A stretch of DNA of 64,000 bases from Candidatus Doudnabacteria bacterium (GCA_037200925.1 JBBCGO010000001.1:511698-575697); one strand, 5' to 3'. Positions 18,414-28,189 are shown, counted from the first letter of the stretch. Numbers and translations: made by a program. The notes: generated by a model not told the origin, from the letters alone.

Positions 18414-19732
18414 AAATCCCTTTAGTGGCGATCATCGGCCTGCCGAACAGCGGAAAATCAACTTTTTTCAACAAGGTTTTGGAAAGGCGGACCGCGCTGA
18501 CTTATCCCGAAGCCGGCACCACGCGCGACCGCGCTTACGGTCTGGCAAACTGGAACAGATTGGCATTCTATTTGATTGATACGGCGGGGATCATCAAACG
18601 GCCGAACTCAGACCTGGAAATAAATATCCAGAAGCAAACGGCAATTGCCCGGGAAGAAGCAGATCTGATTATTCTCTTGGCTGACGGCAAGACCAATCCC
18701 TCCACCGAGGATCTGCGGGTGGCCGCACAATTGTCTAAAACCCACAAGCCGATAGTTTTGGGTGTGAATAAAATTGATGTGCGCAATACCAAAACTCAGA
18801 CTGCAGCCGAAGTTTACCAAAAACTGGGGTTGGGCAGCCCCTTTATGATCTCCTCGGTCAACGGTTCAGGTATCGGCGACATCCTGGATGAAGTTGTAAA
18901 AAAACTTAAAAATGAATTCGGTAATCAGGCGCCTGAAGAAACAGAAAGGCTGAAGATTGCATTTGTGGGCCGGCCGAATGTCGGAAAATCATCCTTGATC
19001 AATGCGCTTATCAAACAAGAACGGCTGTTGGTGCATAATAAAGCCGGAACCACTCGCTCCACAGTTGAGATTCCTTTTGAATCAAAAGGAAAAAAATTTC
19101 TGCTGCTCGACACCGCTGGCATCAAAAAGAAGTGGGACCAGGATAAGGATGTGGAAGCAGCCGCGGCTTTCCAATCCATCCGCACCATCGATCAAACTGA
19201 TGTGGCATTGTTCGTGGTGGATGCCACAAGCGAGATCATGGTCCAGGACCAGATCATCGCTTCTCAAATTCTTGAGCAAGGAAAGGCTTGCGTTATTCTG
19301 TTGAACAAGATCGACCAGCTGGATAAAAAAGCCCAGGACAAACTGCTTGATGTTTTGCCGCACTATCTGCCGCAAATGTGGTTTGTGCCCGTGCTGTTTA
19401 CGTCAGCGAAAACTTCTCAAGGACTGGATCTTTTGCTAAAATTCGCTCAAGAGGCGTTTAATTCAAGCAAGCGTGAGATCGACCCTTCTGAGCTTGACCA
19501 ATTTTTGGAAAAAATGCTTGCCGAGAAAATGCCGGGCAAAATGGAAGACCAGCGCTCCCCCAAAATTTATAATTTGAGTCAGATCGGCGTTAATCCCCCG
19601 ACTTTTAAAATGACGGTTAATTTTCCTGCGGCAATTGCGGAAGCTTGGAAAAAATGGTTTGAAAAACAATTCCGGTTAAAATTCGGTTTTGAAGGCACGC
19701 CGATAGAAATTAAATATATTCGACGAGAATGA
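18410..19732 (+). CDS. der: Ribosome biogenesis GTPase Der
   Basis: Two GTPase domains (GLPNSGKS/DTAG/NKID; GRPNVGKS/DTAG/NKID); C-terminal FGFEGTPI. Confidence 0.93.
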   Translation: MKIPLVAIIGLPNSGKSTFFNKVLERRTALTYPEAGTTRDRAYGLANWNRLAFYLIDTAGIIKRPNSDLEINIQKQTAIAREEADLIILLADGKTNPSTEDLRVAAQLSKTHKPIVLGVNKIDVRNTKTQTAAEVYQKLGLGSPFMISSVNGSGIGDILDEVVKKLKNEFGNQAPEETERLKIAFVGRPNVGKSSLINALIKQERLLVHNKAGTTRSTVEIPFESKGKKFLLLDTAGIKKKWDQDKDVEAAAAFQSIRTIDQTDVALFVVDATSEIMVQDQIIASQILEQGKACVILLNKIDQLDKKAQDKLLDVLPHYLPQMWFVPVLFTSAKTSQGLDLLLKFAQEAFNSSKREIDPSELDQFLEKMLAEKMPGKMEDQRSPKIYNLSQIGVNPPTFKMTVNFPAAIAEAWKKWFEKQFRLKFGFEGTPIEIKYIRRE

Positions 19733-20268
19733 TTCTAATCGTGGGCTTAGGCAATCCGGGCAAGCAATATGAAAATTCGCGGCACAATTTCGGCTTCCGC
19801 GTTTTGGATCTGCTTTCTGGCGGCGAACCCTGGGAAAACAAATATGACAGCCAAATCATTAAAACCGATGACATAATTTTGGCCAAGCCGCAATTATATA
19901 TGAACTTGTCCGGCAAAGCCGTGACTCAAATTCTGAAATTTTATCCTGCGGCACAACTCGTTGTCGTCCACGATGAATTGGACCTGCCTTTAGGTTCAAT
20001 GAAAATAGTAAAAAACAATTCCTCGGCAGGGCACCACGGCGTGCAATCAATCATAGACGAGATCGGCACGAAAGATTTCATCCGCATACGCTTAGGCATT
20101 GATAACCCCGAAGCACGCGGAGAAATTCCCGGCGATGAGTTTGTCCTGCAAAAATTTACACCACAGGAAGAAAAAATAGCAAAAGAAATTTTGGAAAAAA
20201 CCAAGGATGCGATCGATGTTCTGCAAACCGAAGGACTCGATATTGCGCAATCAAAATACAACGGCTGA
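19729..20268 (+). CDS. pth: Peptidyl-tRNA hydrolase
   Basis: VGLGNPG..Y..SRHN.GF, YMNLSG, VHDELDL, GHHG. Confidence 0.97.
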   Translation: MILIVGLGNPGKQYENSRHNFGFRVLDLLSGGEPWENKYDSQIIKTDDIILAKPQLYMNLSGKAVTQILKFYPAAQLVVVHDELDLPLGSMKIVKNNSSAGHHGVQSIIDEIGTKDFIRIRLGIDNPEARGEIPGDEFVLQKFTPQEEKIAKEILEKTKDAIDVLQTEGLDIAQSKYNG

Positions 20269-20559
20269 AGAAGCCGTTTTTTTTACAAAAAAAAGACCTG
20301 CTCTTGCAAGTCTTAGGACTTAACGGGCAAACCGCCGGGATCTCTTCGCTTTAGATGGAGCGGGATGGGCGGCTGCCACTTTTGCGGCTCTATCAATCCT
20401 TTCTTTTCCAGGTCTTTCCTTGTTTCGTTCGCCTTTTTTATAGACGACCGCTTGCTTGTTGAGAATTGTTCGGCCACACGCACGACGCCTCCGATGAGAA
20501 TGGTCCGAGCTGGGGGTGCGGACCAAGTTTTGCCAGAACTGGGGGAGCCGGGTGCAAAC

Positions 20560-20931
20560 TTACGACTCGATCGAACTCCGGAATGCTTCGTGCCAAGGAA
20601 GCGGTTTAGCCGTCAGGCCTCGCGGCAGCTCCATGCACGAGTATTCCTCGTCGTCATTTAATATGACGACGATCTGATCAGGTGTGAACGACTCCATCAG
20701 CCGGAACAGGCGGGCCAGTTGATGCGCTCGCAGGCAACGCTTCTGCGAAGCCAGCTTAAGGAGTTCTTGGGCTTGCGGGGAATCAAGCCAGACGGGTCGA
20801 TTGGATCTCGGTTCGACCAAATCCAGAGCTACAACGGTCAAGCCGCGTAGATCTTCCTCTCTGTAACGTTGGTCTCCCAGCATACGGACGATCTCCTGCA
20901 ACGAAACGTTAGTTGTTTGTCCCGGGAGCAT
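20560..20931 (-). CDS. Hypothetical protein (GC-rich ORFan)
   Basis: 123-aa ORF in GC-rich patch; start uncertain. Confidence 0.45.
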   Translation of the reverse strand: MLPGQTTNVSLQEIVRMLGDQRYREEDLRGLTVVALDLVEPRSNRPVWLDSPQAQELLKLASQKRCLRAHQLARLFRLMESFTPDQIVVILNDDEEYSCMELPRGLTAKPLPWHEAFRSSIES

Positions 20932-20980
20932 CCCGGGGCAGTTGTGCGGTCAGTTGCCTCCTTTCCTCCATGAACGAAAT

Positions 20981-21160
20981 ATAAAAAAACTCGGGTGAGT
21001 TTTAAATATACTTGACCCTACCTACGAGTGCTGGACAAGAACGGAAAACCGCTCCGGCCCAAACTTTGGGTTACTTGCAAACAATAGGAGGGATGCTGCC
21101 TGCTTTCGCCACTCGCAAGGTAGGGTCAAGAATACTATAATGATGTTATTAAACAACTAA
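20981..21160 (-). ncRNA. Candidate structured ncRNA or MITE
   Basis: Long inverted repeat CTTGACCCTACCT..CGAGTG / CACTCG..AGGTAGGGTCAAG (21011-21130), between a promoter-like site (21169-21196) and a terminator-like hairpin (20983-21003). Confidence 0.45.
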
Positions 21161-21189
21161 GATAATATATAATAGCAAAAATCCACCTC

Positions 21190-22296
21190 ATGTCAAACGC
21201 TGACCGAAACCTGCTAGAAGCCAAAATTTTCGCCAATGCCTTCAGCCTCATCCCGGAACTGGGCCCTGTCTCGCTGCAAAAACTACATAATCATTTCGGG
21301 GACTGGTATACGGCCTGGATCGCGTCTAGCGCTGACTATATCGATGCCGGGTTGCCCGCCAAAAGCGTTAACCAGATTATAGCAAATAAACCAAAAATCA
21401 AGCCAGAGCAGCTATTTGCCGAACTGACCCGCCGTCAGATCGAAGTTCTGTTAATTTCAGAACCGGACTATCCCAAACTTCTGAAGGAGATCCATGCCGC
21501 TCCTCCCGTTCTGTATCTTCGGGGCAATAAAAAAACATTGAACAAACTTTCCGTGGCCGTGGTCGGCACCCGCAAAATGTCCAGCTATGGCGGACAAGCG
21601 GCGGAAGAGATCGTCCTGGGACTGGTCAACAATGGAGTGGCAATTGTTTCAGGCCTCGCATTCGGGATAGACGCGCAGGCATTAGGCACTGCTGTTGCCA
21701 ACCAAGGCGGCACGGTTGCTGTCTTAGCGTCGGATTTGAACGACACAAATATTTCGCCGCGTTCAAATTTTAATTTAGCGCAAAAGATCATTGAAACAGG
21801 CGCGCTTGTTTCCGAATATCCGCTGGGACACCCTTCCCAAAAACAAAATTTTCCTGTCCGCAACCGCATCATCTCCGGTTTAAGCTTGGGAACCTTGGTC
21901 GTGGAAGCGGATGCCGAAAGCGGTGCTTTGATCACCGCCAACTTTGCTTTGGAACAAAACCGCGAAGTGTTCGCAGTACCCGGGTCTATTTTCTCGCCCA
22001 CCAGCCGCGGTACCAACCAGCTCATCAAAAAAGGCGCCAAGCTCGTCAATACAGCTTTCGATATTCTGGAAGAGCTGAATTTGGATGCAACCGCGTTGGG
22101 CGAACCGGTGCTGTTGGAAGTCAACACGGAAGAAGAACTGATCTTGAAGCACCTCAATCGCGAAGGACTGCATATTAACGAGTTGATCAAGACGGTCAAA
22201 CTCAACGCCGGTTCGGTCAGCGCCAATTTGACCCTGCTTGAGATGAAAGGCCGCGTGAAAAATCTGGGAGCCGGACTGTATGCAAAAATTCGATAA
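21190..22296 (+). CDS. dprA: DNA-processing protein DprA
   Basis: YPKLLKEI..PP.LY.RG, VVGTRK, VSGLAFGID, FPVRNRIISGL, SGALITA, REVFAVPG. Confidence 0.97.
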   Translation: MSNADRNLLEAKIFANAFSLIPELGPVSLQKLHNHFGDWYTAWIASSADYIDAGLPAKSVNQIIANKPKIKPEQLFAELTRRQIEVLLISEPDYPKLLKEIHAAPPVLYLRGNKKTLNKLSVAVVGTRKMSSYGGQAAEEIVLGLVNNGVAIVSGLAFGIDAQALGTAVANQGGTVAVLASDLNDTNISPRSNFNLAQKIIETGALVSEYPLGHPSQKQNFPVRNRIISGLSLGTLVVEADAESGALITANFALEQNREVFAVPGSIFSPTSRGTNQLIKKGAKLVNTAFDILEELNLDATALGEPVLLEVNTEEELILKHLNREGLHINELIKTVKLNAGSVSANLTLLEMKGRVKNLGAGLYAKIR

Positions 22297-23326
22297 GCAT
22301 CTAAAATTTATATGGGAGTTTTCCGTTGGCATAGCATTGTTGCTGACACTGGTTTTGCTTTTTTTTCCAAAAAAACAGGCTCCAACCGAGCAGATCGTAA
22401 TTCCTAAATCACATGCGAAAATCACCACGATCTTTCTGGCCGGGGACATCATGCTCTCGCGCGATGTGGCTGGCAAGATGATCAAGGCCAATGACTTTAC
22501 TCTGCCTTTCCAAAAAACAGCGGAAGTTACTAATTCGGCCGATATCGCTTTTGCCAACCTGGAAGCGCCTTTCTTGGACCAGCCACCCTATGCCCAGAAT
22601 GATATAAAGTTCAAAGTAGACCCCAAGGCTGTGGCGGGTCTTAAATTTGCCGGTTTTGATATTCTGTCCACAGCCAACAACCACGCCTTGGATCAGGGAC
22701 AAAAGGGCGTTTTCTATACTCTAGCTTGGCTTGCCTTAAATCAGATAAAACCCATCGGAACTGGTCCCGATTGCCACATAGGACAGGTTTTGGAGCGCAA
22801 CGGGATAAAATTCGGATTTTTGGCCTACTCCTACGCCGCTTTCAATGACGGCGGGAAAAAACCGGATCCCGCGGTTTGCGATGCGAACGACACAACTCAG
22901 GTTTCCTCCGATATCCATGCCTTAAAACCAAAAGTTGATTTCCTGATCGTATCCATGCACATGGGTATTGAGTATACGCGAACTCCGACTATTGCGCAGG
23001 AAAATTTTGCGCACAATGCCGTTGATTCGGGAGCGGATCTTGTGGTCGGGGCTCACCCGCATTGGATCCAACCTCCGGAACAATATCAGGGTAAATGGAT
23101 CTTTTATTCCCTCGGTAATTTCGTGTTTGATCAGATGTGGAGCCGGGAAACCAGGGAGGGTCTGACAATAAAATTATCTCTGGCGGATAAAAAATTATCA
23201 AAAATAGAGCTTATGCCCGTGATCATTGACGATTATTGCTGCGCCAGGTTTGCCAATCCGGACGAATCTGCCGCCATTTTAAGCAAGGTCGGCTTGACAA
23301 ACAGCATTTTATTGGACAACAATTAG
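22280..23326 (+). CDS. CapA / poly-gamma-glutamate synthesis family metallophosphoesterase
   Basis: AGDIML.R, NLEAP, ANNHALD, HMGIEY, GAHPHW, YSLGNFVFDQ. Confidence 0.9.
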   Translation: MQKFDKHLKFIWEFSVGIALLLTLVLLFFPKKQAPTEQIVIPKSHAKITTIFLAGDIMLSRDVAGKMIKANDFTLPFQKTAEVTNSADIAFANLEAPFLDQPPYAQNDIKFKVDPKAVAGLKFAGFDILSTANNHALDQGQKGVFYTLAWLALNQIKPIGTGPDCHIGQVLERNGIKFGFLAYSYAAFNDGGKKPDPAVCDANDTTQVSSDIHALKPKVDFLIVSMHMGIEYTRTPTIAQENFAHNAVDSGADLVVGAHPHWIQPPEQYQGKWIFYSLGNFVFDQMWSRETREGLTIKLSLADKKLSKIELMPVIIDDYCCARFANPDESAAILSKVGLTNSILLDNN

Positions 23327-23330
23327 AGCT

Positions 23331-25574
23331 ATGGCAAAAAGTTTAGTTATTGTAGAATCCCCAACCAAAGCAAAAACGATCAGCCGCTTCCTTGATGGCG
23401 AGTATAAAGTGGAGGCGTCTTTTGGACATGTCCGCGATCTTCCTTCAAGCAAGATGGGCATTGACATTGAACATGATTTTGAGCCGACCTATGTCATCCC
23501 GCCCAAATCAAAAAAACGCGTCGCGGAACTGAAAAAATTGGCCAAAGACGCGCCCGAAATAATCCTCGCGACTGACGAAGACCGAGAAGGCGAGGCCATT
23601 GCCTGGCACCTGGTCTCCGCTTTGGATCTAAAGAAAAAAGATATCAAACGCATCGCCTTCCATGAGATCACCAAAACCGCTATAAATGATGCTCTGGAGC
23701 ACCCCCGTCAGCTTGATCTGCATCTGGTGGATGCCCAGCAGGCCCGGCGCGTTCTTGACCGTTTGGTCGGCTACGAGCTTTCGCCATTCCTTTGGAAGAA
23801 AGTCAGAATGGGATTATCTGCCGGCCGCGTGCAATCAGTGGCGCTTCGCCTGATAGTGGAACGCGAACGGGAAATCCAAAAATTCAAACCACAGGAATAC
23901 TGGAGCATTGAAACCACTTTTAACAAAGACGGGCAATTCGTCGGCAAACTGAATAAGATAGACGGCAAGGTTCTGGATAAGCTGGCTATCAAAAATGAAG
24001 AAGCGGCGCATAAAATTGTTGCGGACCTGGCCAACCGGCCGGCAATTGTTTCGGAAGTTACGAAAAAAGAGGTCCGCAGAACTCCGGCCGCGCCTTTCAC
24101 CACTTCAACGCTGCAGCAGGAAGCCGCGCGCAAACTGGGGTTTTCCGCCAAGCAAACCATGATGTATGCCCAACAATTATATGAGGGCGTAGAACTCGGC
24201 GAAGACAATGCCACAGGCCTGATCACTTACATGCGCACGGACTCGGTCAACCTTGCGGAACAGGCTTTGCAGTCAGCCCATGATGCCATTATGGAAAGAT
24301 ACGGCAAGGAATATCTGCTTGACCAGCCGCGAAAATATGCTTCCAAGCAGAAGAACGCGCAGGAAGCGCACGAGGCCGTGCGGCCCACTGACCTAACGCG
24401 CGATCCGGACAGCGTGAAAGAGCATCTGGATAAAAACCAGCTTCGCTTATACGACCTGATCTGGAAACGCACGATCGCCACGCAGATGCCTGAAGCTGTC
24501 TTTGATGCCACCAGCGTGGATATTGATATTGCCGGACAAACGAAAAAATATGTGTTCCGCGCCACTGGCCAGGTCATCAAATTCGATGGGTTCATGAAAG
24601 TTTACCTGGAAGGCACGGATGATGAAGAAGCCGAAGAAGAAGGCCTGCTGCCGGATCTGGCAAAGGGCGACAAGCCAAAAGTCATTAAAACCATTCCCAA
24701 ACAGCACTTCACTCAGCCGCCGCCGCGTTTTTCCGATGCGACTCTGATCAAGACTTTGGAAGAATACGGCATTGGACGCCCGTCCACATACGCTCCGACA
24801 ATTTCTACCATCCAGGAGCGGGATTACGTGAACAAGATCGATAAAAAATTCCATCCCACGGAGATCGGCTTTATCGTCAATGATATTTTGGTTGAGCATT
24901 TCCCGCTAGTCGTAGATTTTCAGTTCACAGCCAAAATGGAAGAGGAACTGGATGAGATCGCGGAAGGCACCAAACAATGGGTACCAGTCATCCGCGAATT
25001 TTACGGACCATTTCATGAAAACCTCGTGTCCAAAGAAAAGTCAGTGGAAAAGCACGTGGAACTGCTGGACGAAAAATGCCCGTTATCAGGCCATCCCCTG
25101 CAGATAAAATTCGGCCGGTTCGGAAAATTCATCGCCTGCTCCAACTATCCGGAGTGCAAATACACCCGGCCTATGCCGGAAGAACAGAAGATCATTGACG
25201 AAAACACGGGCGTTATTTGCGATAAATGCGGCAAGCCGATGGTGGTAAAGTTCGGCCGGTTTGGAAGTTTCCTTGGCTGTTCCGGCTATCCGGAATGCAA
25301 GAACATCAAAAAGATCCAGAAAGGCACGGGCGTGGTCTGCCCCAAATGCGGGGAAGGCGAACTGGTGGAGCGCCGAAGCAAGCGCGGAATTTTTTATTCC
25401 TGCTCAAGATACCCGCAATGCAAATTCTTGATGAACGGCAAACCGACCGGCGAGAAATGCCCGAAGTCCGGCGATCTGCTGATGCTTGACCGCAACGGTA
25501 ATCTGAAATGTTCAAACAAAGAATGCGACTACGAACGAGAAGTGGAACCTGCGAAAGAAGAAATAAAAGCATAA
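23331..25574 (+). CDS. topA: DNA topoisomerase I
   Basis: IVESPTKAKTI, ATDEDREGE, SAGRVQS, ITYMRTDS, GIGRPSTY, C-terminal zinc ribbons. Confidence 0.99.
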   Translation: MAKSLVIVESPTKAKTISRFLDGEYKVEASFGHVRDLPSSKMGIDIEHDFEPTYVIPPKSKKRVAELKKLAKDAPEIILATDEDREGEAIAWHLVSALDLKKKDIKRIAFHEITKTAINDALEHPRQLDLHLVDAQQARRVLDRLVGYELSPFLWKKVRMGLSAGRVQSVALRLIVEREREIQKFKPQEYWSIETTFNKDGQFVGKLNKIDGKVLDKLAIKNEEAAHKIVADLANRPAIVSEVTKKEVRRTPAAPFTTSTLQQEAARKLGFSAKQTMMYAQQLYEGVELGEDNATGLITYMRTDSVNLAEQALQSAHDAIMERYGKEYLLDQPRKYASKQKNAQEAHEAVRPTDLTRDPDSVKEHLDKNQLRLYDLIWKRTIATQMPEAVFDATSVDIDIAGQTKKYVFRATGQVIKFDGFMKVYLEGTDDEEAEEEGLLPDLAKGDKPKVIKTIPKQHFTQPPPRFSDATLIKTLEEYGIGRPSTYAPTISTIQERDYVNKIDKKFHPTEIGFIVNDILVEHFPLVVDFQFTAKMEEELDEIAEGTKQWVPVIREFYGPFHENLVSKEKSVEKHVELLDEKCPLSGHPLQIKFGRFGKFIACSNYPECKYTRPMPEEQKIIDENTGVICDKCGKPMVVKFGRFGSFLGCSGYPECKNIKKIQKGTGVVCPKCGEGELVERRSKRGIFYSCSRYPQCKFLMNGKPTGEKCPKSGDLLMLDRNGNLKCSNKECDYEREVEPAKEEIKA

Positions 25575-25600
25575 TATCCTCAAAAAAATAAAAGCCGGGA

Positions 25601-25999
25601 TCAGCCTCCGGCTTTTTGCTTGTCCAGGAATTCTTGGATGCGTTTCGGCGCGTAGCCAAAAAATAATCCTTGGATCCAGTCGCGATCGAAGCGGGAAAGT
25701 TTGGCGCGATCCAAAAAATCAAAAGCAGAAAGAGTCCACGGTTGACGATAAAATCCATACCGCCAGCGATATAGTCCTCGCCACCGACCTTCTTTTCCAT
25801 AATGCCTAATCCAGTAAAATACCTTTCCTGTTTGCCCGGCTCTCTTAAGGCACATTGCCAGATCATGTTCCAGATCCGATTTTTTGGCTCGCCTCGCGCA
25901 GACTTCGGAAAAAGGCTTACGGCCACGAGCAAGAAGTTTAATGGCGATCATACATTGCTCGTATTCATATGTACAAATGGTCGCTTTTCTGTTGCTCAT
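25601..25999 (-). CDS. Hypothetical basic protein (cassette 1)
   Basis: AAGGAGG SD; C-terminal WIQGLFFGY...IQEF. Confidence 0.65.
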   Translation of the reverse strand: MSNRKATICTYEYEQCMIAIKLLARGRKPFSEVCARRAKKSDLEHDLAMCLKRAGQTGKVFYWIRHYGKEGRWRGLYRWRYGFYRQPWTLSAFDFLDRAKLSRFDRDWIQGLFFGYAPKRIQEFLDKQKAGG

Positions 26000-26003
26000 C
26001 AAC

Positions 26004-26063
26004 CCTCCTTGATATTCCGAATATTATATCAAAAAGAAAAACCGATGCGATAACGCACCGGCA
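26004..26063 (-). repeat. Repeated terminator/promoter/SD linker, copy 1
   Basis: CCTCCTTGAT...CAAAAAGAAAAACCGATGC..GCACCGGCA, repeated at 26388-26466. Confidence 0.75.
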
Positions 26064-26067
26064 AAAT

Positions 26068-26382
26068 TCACCAGGCCAAGGGCCTGTCTTCGAACCAGAC
26101 AACTATTCTCGCTGTCCAGATCGCAAACATCGGCAACCAGAAAAGAACAAACTGCATCGTTCTGACCGACCATGTTTCCACGGCCTCATCATTCCACCAA
26201 AAGCCAATCAGACCGTGAAAGGGAATGGGCGTCACAAATATTCCTACGATTCCGAGTACCGCGAAACTAAAAGGCAAGAACCCGACCTTTTCGAATCCGT
26301 ACCGCCGGATCTCGCTATACAAAGATGAGGAGTAAACCATCAGCGCCAACATGCCGATGAATTCGGCGATCAAATTGAACAT
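26068..26382 (-). CDS. Hypothetical membrane protein (cassette 2)
   Basis: AAGGAGG SD; about three hydrophobic segments. Confidence 0.7.
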   Translation of the reverse strand: MFNLIAEFIGMLALMVYSSSLYSEIRRYGFEKVGFLPFSFAVLGIVGIFVTPIPFHGLIGFWWNDEAVETWSVRTMQFVLFWLPMFAIWTARIVVWFEDRPLAW

Positions 26383-26387
26383 CGAAT

Positions 26388-26466
26388 CCTCCTTGATGTA
26401 TTAAGGCTATACTAAAAATCGCAAAAAGAAAAACCGATGCCTGCAATTGCTTGCAAAGCATCGGCA
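26388..26466 (-). repeat. Repeated terminator/promoter/SD linker, copy 2
   Basis: 19-bp identity CAAAAAGAAAAACCGATGC plus CCTCCTTGAT and GCATCGGCA. Confidence 0.75.
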
Positions 26467-26472
26467 TGGCGC

Positions 26473-26907
26473 CTAGAACATGTGGAGCAGTTCCTGCCTG
26501 TCACCTGCCACCGGCCGGACTATTACACTCGTTTCCATAATGTGCACCTTCTGGATCACGAAGTAGGTCCACTCCGATGGGACGGGATCAAAACAAAGGC
26601 ATGCCCGCCCTCTTTCAGACGCGTCTGCTGCGATCAGTTCCCCATCCCGCCTCTGATATGCCCGAAGAACTTTCGTCGGGTTTCCGGAGAGCGTGACTGA
26701 ATCCTGAATGAGCAGATCATCCCATGGTTCTTTAACCGTTATTCCGAAACATGCAGCCACATGAACAGGTCGCCAGATCTTGCGGCCGATCCACTCGTGT
26801 ATCAGCACATAGTCGGAACGATGTTGACGCTGGGAACTGAAGATCCGCCGAAAGTAGGCTTGGTCTTCAGGGGCGAGTTCGGGAAGCTCAACGTAAGTCT
26901 GAGACAT
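26473..26907 (-). CDS. Hypothetical protein (cassette 3)
   Basis: AGGAGAG SD before ATG 26907 (MSQTYVEL). Confidence 0.6.
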   Translation of the reverse strand: MSQTYVELPELAPEDQAYFRRIFSSQRQHRSDYVLIHEWIGRKIWRPVHVAACFGITVKEPWDDLLIQDSVTLSGNPTKVLRAYQRRDGELIAADASERGRACLCFDPVPSEWTYFVIQKVHIMETSVIVRPVAGDRQELLHMF

Positions 26908-27112
26908 GTGCTCTCCTGCCCTATCGGCGAGGAGCGTGGTCAACTGCACCGACTAGGGCAAAGCGGGGTTGCGTGCGTGTCCGAGCGATGTTCTGCCCGG
27001 ACGTGAACCGAATCCTCTTTCAAATTTCAAAAAATTTTTTATTTTTCCCTAAACTTGGAAAAAATTTTCTAATTTAGCATAGGTTGATCTTTAATGTTTT
27101 GATCAACAAAAT

Positions 27113-27141
27113 AGTATACTAGTTTAGTACACTTTTGTCAA
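27113..27141 (-). promoter_or_regulatory. Sigma70 promoter for the ORFan cassette cluster
   Basis: Minus TTGACA-17-TATACT. Confidence 0.7.
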
Positions 27142-27175
27142 GGTTGACGAATCTGCGAGCGAATAGCGAAGCAGT

Positions 27176-28189
27176 CTATTTCACTGCGACAGTTCGCCGC
27201 ATCGCGTCACTCCTCGCAAATTCGCTAACGATCTGCTCAACTTCCTGTGCATTTTTTGTTTCCATCAGTTTCATCCGCAGTTCTTTGGCGCCGTCAAAGC
27301 CGTTTACGTAAGCTTTATAATGCTTTTTCATAACTTCAAATCTTTTCCCGCCCATGGGCAGGTTTACGAATTTCTCTTCAAACAGTTTTGAATGCTCTAT
27401 CATCGCTTGCAATCGTTTGTGAACCGGAATTTTCTCTATCGGTGTTTCTTTATTGAACATCCACGGGTTACCAAAGATCCCTCGGCCGATCATCACGCCA
27501 TCAGCGCCTGTTTCAGAAATTTTCTGCTCAGCTTCAGTTAAAGTCAGCACATCGCCGTTGCCGAGAATTAAGGGTCTGTTTTCTTTTGTAGTCAGCTGAT
27601 TTATTAGCTCAACTACTTGGGGCATAATTTCCCAATGCGCAGGCACTAAAGAAAGTTCTTTTACTGTCCGCAAGTGAATGGTGATCGCTGCGATGTCAGT
27701 TTTCAAAAGCTCGGGGATCCAATTTTCAATATCAATTTTGCCTACCCCCAGGCGTGTTTTGACCGAAACCGGCAAGACAGATGCGCCCTCTTTGGCCGCC
27801 AAAATGATCTCCTGCGCCAGTTTCGGATTTTTAATCAAAGCTCCGCCTGCCCCTTGTTTCAGAACGGCCCGGTCCGGACAGCCCATGTTTATGTCTATCC
27901 CGTCAAAGCCCAGGTCTTTGATCAACTTTGCAACTTTATAAAAATTTTCCGGCTTGGCGCCGAAGATCTGGGCCACGATCGGCCGCTCGGTTTCTGAATA
28001 CCAGAAGTCAACCAGAAGTTTTTCCAGGCCCTCAGAAACCAGACCATCCGCTGAAACAAACTCGGTCCAGGTCACATCTGGCTTGCCGTATTTAGCAATC
28101 AAAAACCGAAAAGCCGCATCCGTGACATTGGCCATGGGTGCCAGAACAAAGATCGGTTTTTTTAGTTTATCCCAAAAGCCTCTGTTCAT
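27176..28189 (-). CDS. dus: tRNA-dihydrouridine synthase
   Basis: LAPMANVTD, TEFVS, DINMGCP, SVKTRLG, GNGDV, DGVMIGRG. Confidence 0.95.
   Translation of the reverse strand: MNRGFWDKLKKPIFVLAPMANVTDAAFRFLIAKYGKPDVTWTEFVSADGLVSEGLEKLLVDFWYSETERPIVAQIFGAKPENFYKVAKLIKDLGFDGIDINMGCPDRAVLKQGAGGALIKNPKLAQEIILAAKEGASVLPVSVKTRLGVGKIDIENWIPELLKTDIAAITIHLRTVKELSLVPAHWEIMPQVVELINQLTTKENRPLILGNGDVLTLTEAEQKISETGADGVMIGRGIFGNPWMFNKETPIEKIPVHKRLQAMIEHSKLFEEKFVNLPMGGKRFEVMKKHYKAYVNGFDGAKELRMKLMETKNAQEVEQIVSEFARSDAMRRTVAVK

Noticed and set aside
20320-20526. 68-aa basic ORF after the 20560 ORFan
   Set aside because: No clear SD and low complexity; cannot be told apart from non-coding sequence.
21011-21130. 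SRP (4.5S) RNA call from GCGAAAGC-AGGCAGCA
   Set aside because: Lacks the CAGG...GNRA...AGCAG symmetric loop at the tip of the main stem; kept only as an unknown candidate.
25601-26907. Classical integron cassette array
   Set aside because: No intI, and the linkers lack RYYYAAC...GTTRRRY attC ends.
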